Source: a virus | Taxonomy: Duplodnaviria; Caudoviricetes | Virus record (IMG/VR): IMGVR_UViG_3300009158_000057 | Span: 1 to 58,382 of that record | Direction: 5' to 3' (one strand) | DNA: 58,382 bases | Part shown: positions 18,229 through 27,940 of the stretch, in pieces | Numbering within the stretch: position 1 is the stretch's first letter | Layout: the number at the start of each line of letters is the position of its first letter | Program-made: the position numbers and the translations under genes | Notes under the pieces: model-generated | The model's database searches: none | What the model saw: the letters and a program-made list of their open reading frames with translations, nothing else | What the model was told of the DNA's origin: nothing

Positions 18229-19142
18229 TCAATATCTTCCTTTTTTAATTTAACTAGTTTCATACCATAGTTATCAACTTTAGCAAAACTGTTCAATTCA
18301 ACGTTCTGTTTTAAACGTAACTTGTTTTTCTTGAACGGACTATAGTCAACGTAATGATGCCATCTGCCGTAGCGCCAGACCATCGTGGCAACGTCTGGAT
18401 GCAAATCGACTAGCATCTGTGACTTGTTGACTGTCCCCTCTGGATTAAGCTGGCCGTCTCTCCACTTGCTTTTGTCTTGAGTGCCTTCAGCGTGATAGAA
18501 CTCAGCAGTGTTGCCACCTTTGACAGTCTGTGTAGCAGCTTTACCTTGCAAGAAAGCATTGAACTGAATTGTGCAATCACCATCTTTGAGTACACGTAGG
18601 CAGATATCGGTGTCTTCGTTGTAACGACCACGCCAGCGATACTTGCAGTCATTCGAGATTAACAAGCAAGAATAAATGCGAGTATTTTTTACGTAAGGTG
18701 GGTACTTTTGATTTGGTGCAATGAAGAACCGATACTGAAAGCCAGAGATAGGCACATTCTCATATCTATCAACAAAGTCTTCTGCTGCTTTGAAGATAGC
18801 ACCAGACTCGACACGAATACGAATGTTTTCATTTAGACGATAAAAATCTACAATGTTATCATCTAACACCCAATGCTTTTCAGCACCGATAGAGATAGCA
18901 TGATCCCAACACCAGTTTCTAGCACGACCAGGTCCATCACCATGATTGCTAAACGGCGCAACTAGTAACGTAACATAATCACGAATACCAAAATTATCTA
19001 GTGCAGCTTCGTAAGGTTCTTTGTCTTGCGGTTCAATTGCAATGTAATGATTAACTTTCATTCTAGACAATGATCTAGAAGTCAACATAGAGTCGGCACG
19101 ACCCTTGCTGATAATGTAGACTGGATTCTTTGGATTAGTCAT
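18225..19142 (-). CDS. GREB1/TET-associated-like glycosyltransferase (TAGT), copy 1
   Basis: PVYIISKGR, GPGRARNWCWDH, HWVLDDNI, RIYSCLLI, RYNEDTDICLRVLKDG, KGGNT. Confidence 0.8.
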   Translation of the reverse strand: MTNPKNPVYIISKGRADSMLTSRSLSRMKVNHYIAIEPQDKEPYEAALDNFGIRDYVTLLVAPFSNHGDGPGRARNWCWDHAISIGAEKHWVLDDNIVDFYRLNENIRIRVESGAIFKAAEDFVDRYENVPISGFQYRFFIAPNQKYPPYVKNTRIYSCLLISNDCKYRWRGRYNEDTDICLRVLKDGDCTIQFNAFLQGKAATQTVKGGNTAEFYHAEGTQDKSKWRDGQLNPEGTVNKSQMLVDLHPDVATMVWRYGRWHHYVDYSPFKKNKLRLKQNVELNSFAKVDNYGMKLVKLKKEDIE

Positions 19143-19479
19143 TCGTTTCAATCCACCTACGTAGTGCATTTGCTTCACGATCAAGCTTTGGATGCCAAAT
19201 GCTTTTTGTCTTGTCAGTCAAAGACTGATCAATAAGCTTTGAGAATTCCTTATAGTCTTCTTCATTACGAAAATGAACATAGATGGTCTTGTACGCTGGA
19301 TTTTCTTCTTGCTTGAATTCGGGCATTCCAACCCAATGTTTTTTCCATTCCTTGTCAGTAGATTGCTCTAGTTCTGGCAACAAATCAAGAAACGGCGACT
19401 CTTCTTCAGCAGTGGGTTCTTTTACACCAATAAGACTTTCGTACTGTGTTGTTTCGTCAACTTTAACTTCGTCTGTCAT
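19135..19479 (-). CDS. Conserved protein typically upstream of TAGT genes
   Basis: WVGMPEF, VHFRNEEDY..F, TKSIWHP; overlaps the TAGT start. Confidence 0.7.
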   Translation of the reverse strand: MTDEVKVDETTQYESLIGVKEPTAEEESPFLDLLPELEQSTDKEWKKHWVGMPEFKQEENPAYKTIYVHFRNEEDYKEFSKLIDQSLTDKTKSIWHPKLDREANALRRWIETND

Positions 19480-19494
19480 AACAATCTCCAAATA

Positions 19495-20004
19495 TTACTT
19501 TGTTCTCGCAAGGATCTTTTCGTATGCTTTACGTGCCTTCTTTGCCTTTTCCTTGTGATAAGGATGAGCGCGGTCTAAATGAACAATACCATTGAGATGA
19601 TCTAGTTCATGTAGAAAGCAACGTGCAGTCATACCGTCAAATTTTTCAGTCTTAGTCTCACCATTGGGCATAGTGAAACGAACTCTTAGCATCTTTGGTC
19701 GCTTGATCTTTACAACCAAGCCAGGATAGCTTAAGCAGCCTTCATCAAGATACACCATTTCACTTGTGCTGTCAACTACTTTCGGATTAAAACATGCATT
19801 GATCGGACTACCAGTGAGTACAAATACTCTGTATGGTAAGCCAACTTGATTAGCAGCAAGACCTAGACCTTTGTTTTCGATCATAGTCTCTGCTAGGTCT
19901 TTTGCTAACTGAATAGGATCAATAGGAGGATTTGTAAAATCAAAATCTTCCATCTTCTGTTTTAGAATAAGGTTAGACGCATCTACTAGTTTGAGAATTG
20001 CCAT
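19495..20004 (-). CDS. def: Peptide deformylase
   Basis: All three motifs: GLGLAANQ, EGCLS, HELDH. Confidence 0.95.
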   Translation of the reverse strand: MAILKLVDASNLILKQKMEDFDFTNPPIDPIQLAKDLAETMIENKGLGLAANQVGLPYRVFVLTGSPINACFNPKVVDSTSEMVYLDEGCLSYPGLVVKIKRPKMLRVRFTMPNGETKTEKFDGMTARCFLHELDHLNGIVHLDRAHPYHKEKAKKARKAYEKILARTK

Positions 20005-20630
20005 TAGAACTTCTTCCCACCTTCTGCTTCACGATTCTTTAGCTGATGATCTGCGCGTGTTCTGTTGTACTCATGCTTCTCTGCTAGAGCGCCGGCAACG
20101 TCATAGCCCTCACGACCAGCTAGATCAAGAATACGAATGATGCAGTCAGCAAGTTCAACTTCTGGCATAGGACGATGTGTTAGATGATCGTCCCACAAGT
20201 CTTTGCGGGCGCCCTCTAGTGCTTCTGATAGTTCAGAGTGACATAGAGCAATCATTGTACCAAAGTCGCGTGGCTTATTATGCCAACCCATTTGCTTTGA
20301 TTGATTATACAGCTTCTTTTGAATATTTGCAAGAGTCAAGACTTCTTCTAGTGTAATCAAATTATCTTGTGTTTCTTCTGGCTCTGGTGTCTTTTCTTCA
20401 GTTTGAATGTAATTGTAATCTACAATATTACCTACGCCGATAGACCATTTTGATGGATCATACTGCATTGAATAATTCAATCCTGCTACTGAACTAGAAT
20501 ACCCTAGTGAAGCTGCCGGTACTGTGATTACTCCACCTGGAATCACAACGTCATCAAGCTTAATCGTATAAGAGCTATTAAAATCTGTTAGATTATAATT
20601 GGTAACATTGATATCTGTATTGCTTGTCAT
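20004..20630 (-). CDS. MazG-like NTP pyrophosphohydrolase with long N-terminal extension
   Basis: LCHSELSEALEGARK...EVELADCIIRILDL...KHEYNRTR. Confidence 0.8.
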   Translation of the reverse strand: MTSNTDINVTNYNLTDFNSSYTIKLDDVVIPGGVITVPAASLGYSSSVAGLNYSMQYDPSKWSIGVGNIVDYNYIQTEEKTPEPEETQDNLITLEEVLTLANIQKKLYNQSKQMGWHNKPRDFGTMIALCHSELSEALEGARKDLWDDHLTHRPMPEVELADCIIRILDLAGREGYDVAGALAEKHEYNRTRADHQLKNREAEGGKKF

Positions 20631-20640
20631 AATATATCTC

Positions 20641-22359
20641 CTAGTTGTTTGCTATCTGGCTAAAGTTTTTTACTTTTTCAAATTTAATCACACTAGAGAA
20701 CTTATCAAATAGTTGATCTCCCTTGTGACTAATAATGAATACGTTGGTGTCTGCTGTCACTGAACTTAGAATCTTAAAGAACTCTTCTGTACCTGAAGTA
20801 TCAAGAGAGCTATCAAACACTTCGTCCATAATCAACAGATTTGTGCTGGCGCTGTTACGTAACTTAGATACTGCTCTCCATGTGAAGAGCAACGACAAGT
20901 CAATACGCATTTTCTCGCCTTCAGAGAATGAACCATATGTAAACTCGTCTCTAAACCTAGACTTAATCTTCTCATCAAAGTTTTCGTCTAATTCAAATTG
21001 AACAAAGAAGTCCATTGCAGCAAGGTACTTGTTGATCAACTTGTTCATCACAGGCACATACTGCTTGATGATCTTTGTTTTAATACCACCGTCTTTCAAT
21101 AGAAGCGCAGCAGTACTGAGTAATGTTCTTGCGTTGGTCAGTTTTTCTTTTTCTGTTTCAATCTCAACTAGCTCTGCTTTGGCAGCATTTAACTCGGTAG
21201 CATCTGTCTCAATCTTTTTTTGCTGAACATTAAGATTGGTTATTTCTTTCTGTAGTTCTGCGTTGTATCGTGTATACATTGCAATCTTGTTGTTGCAGTC
21301 ATTAATCTCTGCATACAGAAGGTCAATCTGATCCTGAGCAGTTTCAATTTCTTTAAGACGAACATCTACCCTGTCTTGTTCTTCTTTTAACTTCACAATC
21401 GCGTCAGTCAATTCTTTAGACTTATTGCGGCCCTCTTCGAGCTTATATGATTTTATTCCAGCTTCAATATCTTGAGTACAGGTAGGACACTCATCGTGCT
21501 TCTCAAAAAAGTCAATATGCTTGGAGCAGTCTGTGATCTTATACTGCAATTCAGACTGAAGAGAGTTGATCTTCTTTAGCTTAGATATAAGCTTTGTCTG
21601 ATCGGCAACAACTGGAGTATAATCACCAAGCTTTCTTGCTGAATCGTCACGTGAGATTGTTACCTCTTCGATCATGAAGTTGTGTTCATTGATCTTGTTC
21701 TGCTTGATCTCTATGATCTCGTCATTGTTTTGGCGCATAGACTCAATGTGCCTTTTATTCAATTGAATCTTTTGCTCACACAACGATATTCTTGTAGCAC
21801 ATGCGGCGATATCGTCCTTGTTCTTCTGAACTCTGTCTTTCAAAAGAATATTCATTGTAGAAAAGATTTGAATATCTAGCAAGTCTTCGATGAACTCACG
21901 CCTAGATGCTGCTGGTAGCTGCATGAACGGTACAAATGTAGAAGAACCTAGTGTAATGATCTGTGAGAAAGACTTGTGCGTTAGACGCAGAATGTTCTTC
22001 TCTAGAATTTCTTGATAGTCTTTAGATGCTGCTTCTTGATTAAGCAGCACACCATCGACAAGAATCTCAAACACAGCAGGCTTTAGACCTCTGCGAATAA
22101 AATACTCTTTTTTACCAATAGAGAATTCAATTTCAACAATAAGATTTTTGTTGTTGATAGAATTAACTAGCAGTGGCTTATTGATCTTACGGAATGGTTT
22201 ACCATACAGCGCAAAAGAAATAGCCTCAACAAAAGTAGACTTACCACTGCCATTCTCGCCAATGATTAGCGTAGAAGACGACTGATTAAGTTTGACTTCT
22301 GTAAAGACGTTTCCTGTTGAGAGTAAGTTCTTCCAACGTACTGTTTTAAAATATATCAC
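20641..22359 (-). CDS. 46: Recombination endonuclease subunit gp46 (Rad50/SbcC-like)
   Basis: GENGSGKST, CPTC hook, FSEGEK signature, MDEVFD, ISH. Confidence 0.97.
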   Translation of the reverse strand: MIYFKTVRWKNLLSTGNVFTEVKLNQSSSTLIIGENGSGKSTFVEAISFALYGKPFRKINKPLLVNSINNKNLIVEIEFSIGKKEYFIRRGLKPAVFEILVDGVLLNQEAASKDYQEILEKNILRLTHKSFSQIITLGSSTFVPFMQLPAASRREFIEDLLDIQIFSTMNILLKDRVQKNKDDIAACATRISLCEQKIQLNKRHIESMRQNNDEIIEIKQNKINEHNFMIEEVTISRDDSARKLGDYTPVVADQTKLISKLKKINSLQSELQYKITDCSKHIDFFEKHDECPTCTQDIEAGIKSYKLEEGRNKSKELTDAIVKLKEEQDRVDVRLKEIETAQDQIDLLYAEINDCNNKIAMYTRYNAELQKEITNLNVQQKKIETDATELNAAKAELVEIETEKEKLTNARTLLSTAALLLKDGGIKTKIIKQYVPVMNKLINKYLAAMDFFVQFELDENFDEKIKSRFRDEFTYGSFSEGEKMRIDLSLLFTWRAVSKLRNSASTNLLIMDEVFDSSLDTSGTEEFFKILSSVTADTNVFIISHKGDQLFDKFSSVIKFEKVKNFSQIANN

Positions 22360-23417
22360 TCTATCGACAATGCCTCTTCATATAGCGAGCGCATCAAATC
22401 ATCTAATGCCGCTTTGTCTGCATCTAATTCTAGATTGTCAACATACTTACGTAAGATTGTAAGCGTGTCTTCTGTTTCATTCACAATGTTATCATCGCTC
22501 TCTAAGTTCAAGTTGAGATGATCGTCCACGACTTGAATGTTAACTGTACCTGCTTTTTCAAGCTTATCAATAAACATATCAAACCAGTATGGATTGTTCT
22601 TTGCTTTTACGATAACTTTGACATACGTGTTCTTGTATACGGAGAAGTCTTGTTCGACAAGCGCATTTAAGGTTGTATCTGTGTCATCGTAGATAAGCTT
22701 AAAGAACATTCTATATGGATTCTCTACAAATGTCAACTCTCTTGTTTCGGTATCAAAAATATGAAAGCCTTTAGTGTCATTGTAATCTGACCAGGTCATC
22801 TCATACGGGCAACCTAGATAATGAATGTTACCACGTGAAGACTTGTGGTGATAGTGACCAGAGCAGACAACATCAAACTTCTGAAACACGCCTGAGTCCA
22901 TACCATCGTCATGAACTGCACCCTTGTACATCTCGAAGCCACCTAGTTCTAAGTGACCGAAAACAATCTGTGCATCAGTCTTGGCAATGAGTTCCATGGT
23001 CTGATCATAGTTGTCATCACAAATCCACGGCACAAGCAATATCTTTGTATCATCATACACAACTTCTTTAGGTTCTGCAACAGTCTTGACGTTGCTGTAT
23101 TCTTTAAGCAGTAGATCAAGCGCATTGATCGACAATGTGTTGCGATACGGAATAACGTGGTTGCCTACGATAGAAGTGATGTTCAGTTTCCTGTTTACCA
23201 TTTCTTCGTAATAGTACTTCTTTGCCCTACTCAACGAGTAGAAGCTAATGTATTTTCTACGATCAAAAGTATCACCAAGATCAATGATCTCAGAGATGTT
23301 GTTGTCGCTCAGGTAAGGAAAGAAAAACTCTGTATAAAACTTTTCAAAGAAATCATGAAACACAGGGCTGTCATTCCTAACACCAAAGTGTTGGTCTGTA
23401 ATCAGCGCAATCTTCAT
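22356..23417 (-). CDS. 47: Recombination endonuclease subunit gp47 (Mre11/SbcD-like)
   Basis: TDQHFG, LGDTFD, GNH, FGHLE, SGHYH. Confidence 0.97.
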   Translation of the reverse strand: MKIALITDQHFGVRNDSPVFHDFFEKFYTEFFFPYLSDNNISEIIDLGDTFDRRKYISFYSLSRAKKYYYEEMVNRKLNITSIVGNHVIPYRNTLSINALDLLLKEYSNVKTVAEPKEVVYDDTKILLVPWICDDNYDQTMELIAKTDAQIVFGHLELGGFEMYKGAVHDDGMDSGVFQKFDVVCSGHYHHKSSRGNIHYLGCPYEMTWSDYNDTKGFHIFDTETRELTFVENPYRMFFKLIYDDTDTTLNALVEQDFSVYKNTYVKVIVKAKNNPYWFDMFIDKLEKAGTVNIQVVDDHLNLNLESDDNIVNETEDTLTILRKYVDNLELDADKAALDDLMRSLYEEALSIE

Positions 23418-23418
23418 A

Positions 23419-23628
23419 TTAGCGTTTCTTTTGTTTGAAGGAAGGTGTTTTCATGTTGAGCATAGCTACCTGTGAGTCATAGGTTTTAATTGCAAGCTCA
23501 CAGCACTTACGAATATCGTCTACGCTACGCTTATAGTTCTCACGGGTGTTGCGTGAATTCTTTTCATTAAAAAGTTCAGTTAACATATGAGTAATGATCG
23601 GTGGCATATTGTTATCAATATTAAACAT
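23419..23628 (-). CDS. Hypothetical protein (69 aa)
   Basis: ORF track; tight packing between 55 and 47. Confidence 0.65.
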   Translation of the reverse strand: MFNIDNNMPPIITHMLTELFNEKNSRNTRENYKRSVDDIRKCCELAIKTYDSQVAMLNMKTPSFKQKKR

Positions 23629-24187
23629 TGGTAGTATCCTTGTTTAGCAATTCAAGACCTACAAGATTGACTTCCTTTGGCAATTTCTTTTCACTCATCT
23701 TTTTCTCGTAGTCTCTTACAAATTCATGCATGTTTTCGTGTGACTTGGCATCAGAGATAAACGAATCATCGCTGTCCGATGTTGAGAAGAATTCGTTGCT
23801 TACAATAGAATGTTCAAACGACTTGTACTTGATATAGGTTTGTTTCTTCTCTTTCTGAATACGAAGTATGTAAGCATTATAGATGATTCTCGTGAAATAT
23901 GCAAATGGATTTTTTGATTTTTCTGGATCAAAATTGTCCATGTATTGAATACAGTTCTCAATACCATCTGAAATCATTTCATCTTTATAAGAATAATTTA
24001 TGAAGTTACCTTTTGTAGCTAACCTTGTAGCAATCTGAAAGATACAAACACCCACGTATTCGGGTATTCTAGGCGGTTTAGTACCTAGAGCCAAAGCTTC
24101 TTTTTTGCTGTTTTTGAATTTAATCAGCGTTTCGTAGAGAGTTTTGTTGTCTACGTAGTGTTTTGGCTTGTGAGTTTTTGCTATCAT
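23621..24187 (-). CDS. 55: Late-transcription sigma factor gp55
   Basis: HYVDNK, NFINYSYKDEMISDGIENC, NFDPEKSKNPFAYFT. Confidence 0.96.
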   Translation of the reverse strand: MIAKTHKPKHYVDNKTLYETLIKFKNSKKEALALGTKPPRIPEYVGVCIFQIATRLATKGNFINYSYKDEMISDGIENCIQYMDNFDPEKSKNPFAYFTRIIYNAYILRIQKEKKQTYIKYKSFEHSIVSNEFFSTSDSDDSFISDAKSHENMHEFVRDYEKKMSEKKLPKEVNLVGLELLNKDTTNV

Positions 24188-24209
24188 AATTTATCCTAAC
24201 ATGAATGTG

Positions 24210-24237
24210 TTGACAAAGTTCAAATTGTGTGTATAAT
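24210..24237 (+). promoter_or_regulatory. Antisense sigma70 promoter upstream of gene 55
   Basis: TTGACA-16 nt-TATAAT on the plus strand, no plus-strand gene downstream. Confidence 0.6.
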
Positions 24238-24252
24238 CAGGTCTGTGCCTGT

Positions 24253-24738
24253 TCAATGAATAGTAACTTTAAAGTCCCTGAACGCTTTAGAAACTACCGA
24301 TGCTAGTGCTTTCTGTGTTATCTCATCTTTTAAAGATTGAGGCGCAGCCTCTGGAGGCTCTGCCTCCTCTTTAGTCTTCTTAATATCATCTTTCATCTTT
24401 TTATCTTTTGAGGTAAAATCTATATAGTTTCCGATGACTTCAGAATCTACCTCTGAAGCAGATACAATGTTTGTGTTTTCAAAAGCCACAACTAAATTTT
24501 CTTTCATTGAAAGTTGGTTGTAATTTACAAAGTACATGTACGCTGAAGCGTTGTCTTCATTGACGCCAAACTTAACAACGACTGGGTGACAGATACTTGT
24601 ACTCTTGCTATTAACAGAGACAAATTTACCCAAAACAATATCAGTAGTTACCAAATGAAGAGATATGTAAATATCTTCTTCAGGTTTCTTACTGAAGGTC
24701 GATGTTATAAATCTTGTAATCAAACCCTTCTTCAACAT
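24253..24738 (-). CDS. Hypothetical protein between uvsW and 55
   Basis: ORF track; ATG overlaps the uvsW 3' end by 50 nt; C-terminal xIH ending. Confidence 0.7.
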   Translation of the reverse strand: MLKKGLITRFITSTFSKKPEEDIYISLHLVTTDIVLGKFVSVNSKSTSICHPVVVKFGVNEDNASAYMYFVNYNQLSMKENLVVAFENTNIVSASEVDSEVIGNYIDFTSKDKKMKDDIKKTKEEAEPPEAAPQSLKDEITQKALASVVSKAFRDFKVTIH

Positions 24739-26137
24739 AAATTTTCATTCTTTCCTTAAAATGTTCTAGTGTAAAATTCTTTCTTGTTTTCCATGAAAGA
24801 TCATCTGCTATATCAAACAACGTTACACTTTCTTTAGTATCTGATGTTCTTAGACCACGACCAATAGACTGCAACGTTTTAATCTTAGACTTGCTAGGTG
24901 AAGCAAATATAATATTGTGTAAGTTCTTTATATTTACTCCAGTGGAAAACACACCAGATGAAGCAATGATGATTGCGTCTTTCTCTGTCTCTACTAGCTT
25001 ACGAATTCTCTCGCGCTCATCGCCGTCTACGCCGCCGTGAACAAAGAAAACTTTTCTGTCTGATGTAGTATCATTGATAGAAAGATATAACTCTTTACCA
25101 TGCTTATCTACATACTGGAATAATAGTAACACATTTCCCGACAAAGATAAAGCTAAATTTTTAATAAACTTGTTTCTTCCTGCATGTCTTACGATGAAAT
25201 CCATTTCTCCAGGATAGTCTAAGCCTTTGCATTGCTTTCTAACATCATCTGTGTATTTCATCAAAAGAATTTTAATCTTTAATTTTGCAAGATACTTCTG
25301 CTCAATCAAGTCTGTTGTAGATGCTACACGCTTAACTGGTCCGAAGAGTCCTTCTAGAACAAGCTTGTTTGTTTCTGTGCCGTCTAGAGTACCTGTAAAG
25401 CCAAAACGATACTTGCAGTTGCTCATCTTTTCCATAATAGATGTTAAGCTCTTAGCTTTAAACAAGTGTGCTTCGTCACCAATTACAACATCGAACTGTG
25501 AGAACCATTTTACCGGCATCTTATAGATTGACTGCCAGGTAGAGATAACAATATCTTCACTTGTTTCTTTCTCTACACCAGAATAGATTCTGTGTATTGG
25601 CTTTGTGTAACCATACGATTCAAAGTCAGAAGCCATCTGACTGACAAGAGAGATCGTAGGCACAATGATCAAAGTCTTCTGTCTGAAGTACTTTACAATT
25701 GTATAGATGATCAAAGACTTACCAGAAGCAGTAGGCGATAACAATAGACCTCTGCTTTTTCTGACTGCATGTGCTAAAGCTTCAATCTGATAGTCTCTAG
25801 GCTGTATGTTAGCAGGTAAATTTAATTGCTTTGTAAACTCTGTAGCTTCTGCTAACGAGAACGGCACATCATTAAACTCTGACAGATATTCAATCTCATA
25901 ATCTCTAGCGCTAACAAAAGCCATTACGTTGTTAAGAAGACCAGCATAGAGTTGCTTTGTCATAACGTTGAAGAGACGAATTTTACCGTCCCAAACTTTG
26001 TTCTTAAACAGCGGATGAAACTTAGCGTTCGGCACCATAAACGTAAAGTGATCCGATAGCTCATATGCTACCGAAGCTTCACAGTCTATTTTGATAAACG
26101 TTTCGTTTACCTTAGAGATTCTTAGAATATCGGTCAT
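24689..26137 (-). CDS. uvsW: SF2 DNA helicase UvsW
   Basis: SPTASGKS, DEAH, GFTGT, QSIGRGLR; ATGA overlap with uvsY stop sets the start. Confidence 0.96.
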   Translation of the reverse strand: MTDILRISKVNETFIKIDCEASVAYELSDHFTFMVPNAKFHPLFKNKVWDGKIRLFNVMTKQLYAGLLNNVMAFVSARDYEIEYLSEFNDVPFSLAEATEFTKQLNLPANIQPRDYQIEALAHAVRKSRGLLLSPTASGKSLIIYTIVKYFRQKTLIIVPTISLVSQMASDFESYGYTKPIHRIYSGVEKETSEDIVISTWQSIYKMPVKWFSQFDVVIGDEAHLFKAKSLTSIMEKMSNCKYRFGFTGTLDGTETNKLVLEGLFGPVKRVASTTDLIEQKYLAKLKIKILLMKYTDDVRKQCKGLDYPGEMDFIVRHAGRNKFIKNLALSLSGNVLLLFQYVDKHGKELYLSINDTTSDRKVFFVHGGVDGDERERIRKLVETEKDAIIIASSGVFSTGVNIKNLHNIIFASPSKSKIKTLQSIGRGLRTSDTKESVTLFDIADDLSWKTRKNFTLEHFKERMKIYVEEGFDYKIYNIDLQ

Positions 26138-26571
26138 GCTGTGCCGCTGGTAAACTTCTGCCACTCGATATAATTGCGGATCATCCAACCACGTTCAATG
26201 ACGTTCTTGACAATCGACTCTAATGCTGTTATCTTTTCTTTTTGATAAGCAATCTTCAAAGTCAGGTTGATGATATCCTGATCTGCATCTAAGTGCATAG
26301 GTATATCTGACTTGAGAATGTTACGAGGATTAGGCTTCCAGTTGTGTTCAATCAAACTATCTTGATCAAGAGTGCCCATGAAGTATTCATACTTGTCTAG
26401 ATATAATTGCTTGTAGTTAGACTCAAGTTTCTTTAAACTTAGTCTTTCAGCAGACAAAAGTTTAAAGTACTTGTTGTGTAGTTTAGGGATCTTGATTGCT
26501 TCTTCGCTAATAGCAGAAGTGTTGATCTCTGAGTCTTTTGACCAGAGATCGAATATCTCATCCAAAGTCAT
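26134..26571 (-). CDS. uvsY: Recombination mediator UvsY
   Basis: WSKDSEI, IPKLHNKY, RGWMIRNYIEWQKF. Confidence 0.92.
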   Translation of the reverse strand: MTLDEIFDLWSKDSEINTSAISEEAIKIPKLHNKYFKLLSAERLSLKKLESNYKQLYLDKYEYFMGTLDQDSLIEHNWKPNPRNILKSDIPMHLDADQDIINLTLKIAYQKEKITALESIVKNVIERGWMIRNYIEWQKFTSGTA

Positions 26572-26597
26572 AATAAAATCATCCTATAAGTTAAAAA

Positions 26598-27122
26598 TTA
26601 CAGTCTTTCGTATGTGATCTGATTGAATTTAAATACTGCTGTGGCTGTTACGTAATTTACGTCTGTTTGTGTCGAGTCAAATTTTGGACCAGATATTGAA
26701 ATAGGTAACAAATCTTGAAATGTGATTTTAATGTTGGGTTTCATTGCGCTACTCAAAATCAACAAGTTTGCGTCTACCAATGCGCCTAAGCCGCTAGTTC
26801 GACTTTGTGCAGCAATATCTTTATACTGATCAAAGTTATCTGGCTTACCTATTGCTGTGATCCAGTCAAAAATTTCAAAATAACCTTTCATGTCTTCGTC
26901 AATCTTAAAAGTGACAGACAAGTTAGTATATGACAAGTGATCGCCAGGAACGGTAATTCTGCTGAAAGGTGTCTGTATGCCTTTTGTTTCGTTCAATTTT
27001 GTTATTGGGAAATCAACACTTTGAACAAAGTACACAAAGTTAGGTATCTTGCTCAAGATAAACTTGTAGCCAAGAGGCGATAAAAAGTTCATGTTCTGTG
27101 GTTGGTCGTTGATACTTGCCAC
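26598..27122 (-). CDS. 3: Tail completion / tube terminator gp3 (GTG start)
   Basis: NFLSPLGYKF, PGDHLSYTNL.VTFKIDEDM..Y.EIFDWI; next to uvsY as in other T4-likes. Confidence 0.85.
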   Translation of the reverse strand: MASINDQPQNMNFLSPLGYKFILSKIPNFVYFVQSVDFPITKLNETKGIQTPFSRITVPGDHLSYTNLSVTFKIDEDMKGYFEIFDWITAIGKPDNFDQYKDIAAQSRTSGLGALVDANLLILSSAMKPNIKITFQDLLPISISGPKFDSTQTDVNYVTATAVFKFNQITYERL

Positions 27123-27156
27123 GTTTTTACCTTAAGTTAAGTTGCTGATTGTATTC

Positions 27157-27245
27157 ATTATACCGCATAATGTACTTATAGTCAAGAAAAAAGTTTGTTT
27201 TTTTGTGCCTTTTCGCTTGACACATTAAATATAATAGCGTATTAT
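27157..27245. promoter_or_regulatory. Divergent pair of sigma70 promoters
   Basis: Minus: TTGACT(27185-27180)-17 nt-TATAAT. Plus: TTGACA(27217-27222)-17 nt-TATTAT. Confidence 0.75.
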
Positions 27246-27283
27246 GGCTATTGTAAATCAGAAGCAACACAGGAGATTTCGAA

Positions 27284-27472
27284 ATGCGGTTCGTCAAACA
27301 GTATAGTTTTCCTACACTGAAAGATGGCGTATACAGTATCGAAAAGGTAGCAGATAAGCTGTCTTTTAGGTATCGCAGAGGATACAAGCTTGATGAAGAA
27401 GAGCTTGACTATATTGATTGGGCAGAACGTATGCTCCATCTACACTACAACGCGGAGCGTAAAAGCGCCTAA
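27284..27472 (+). CDS. Hypothetical protein (62 aa)
   Basis: AGGAGA SD; first gene after the plus-strand promoter. Confidence 0.7.
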   Translation: MRFVKQYSFPTLKDGVYSIEKVADKLSFRYRRGYKLDEEELDYIDWAERMLHLHYNAERKSA

Positions 27473-27648
27473 TGGACGAATACAAGTACAAAAAAGTATC
27501 ATACTGGCTTGATGAACAAGATAAGCTAGAAGATATGTATGTCGATTTTAAAAATTTGTTGCAGATTTCTGATTATCCTATGAAAGATTTTGCGACAATT
27601 CTAAAGTGGTTAGAAGCGGCCTTTCAAGCTGGCAGGGAACACGAATAA
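27472..27648 (+). CDS. Hypothetical protein (58 aa)
   Basis: Hand translation MDEYKYKKVSYWLDE...WLEAAFQAGREHE; TAATG overlap with the previous gene. Confidence 0.65.
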   Translation: MDEYKYKKVSYWLDEQDKLEDMYVDFKNLLQISDYPMKDFATILKWLEAAFQAGREHE

Positions 27649-27655
27649 CTAATTT

Positions 27656-27732
27656 GGTTCCTTAGCTCAGTTGGATAGAGCAACAGCCTTCTAAGCTGTG
27701 GGTCGCTGGTTCAAGTCCAGCAGGGACCGCCA
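27656..27732 (+). tRNA. tRNA-Arg(TCT)
   Basis: Cloverleaf: acceptor GGTTCCT/AGGGACC, anticodon loop CT-TCT-AA, TTCAAG T-loop, encoded CCA. Confidence 0.95.
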
Positions 27733-27741
27733 TATAAGTAC

Positions 27742-27913
<172 letters not shown>

Positions 27914-27940
27914 AAACGTGTTGTATCTATTTTTATTTTT

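Noticed and set aside
1207-20643. Stop-codon reassignment suggested by frequent TAG/CTA
   Set aside because: Core genes are intact in the standard code and TAG ends genes at sensible places (1207, 9370, 20641)
27160-27186. dif-like sequence ATACCGCATAA-TGTAC-TTATAGTCAAG
   Set aside because: The spacer is 5 rather than 6 nt, the XerD arm is poor, and the stretch is explained as the minus-strand sigma70 promoter
27127-27439. Minus-strand ORFs 27127..27387 and 27248..27439
   Set aside because: They overlap the divergent promoters and the better-supported plus-strand gene
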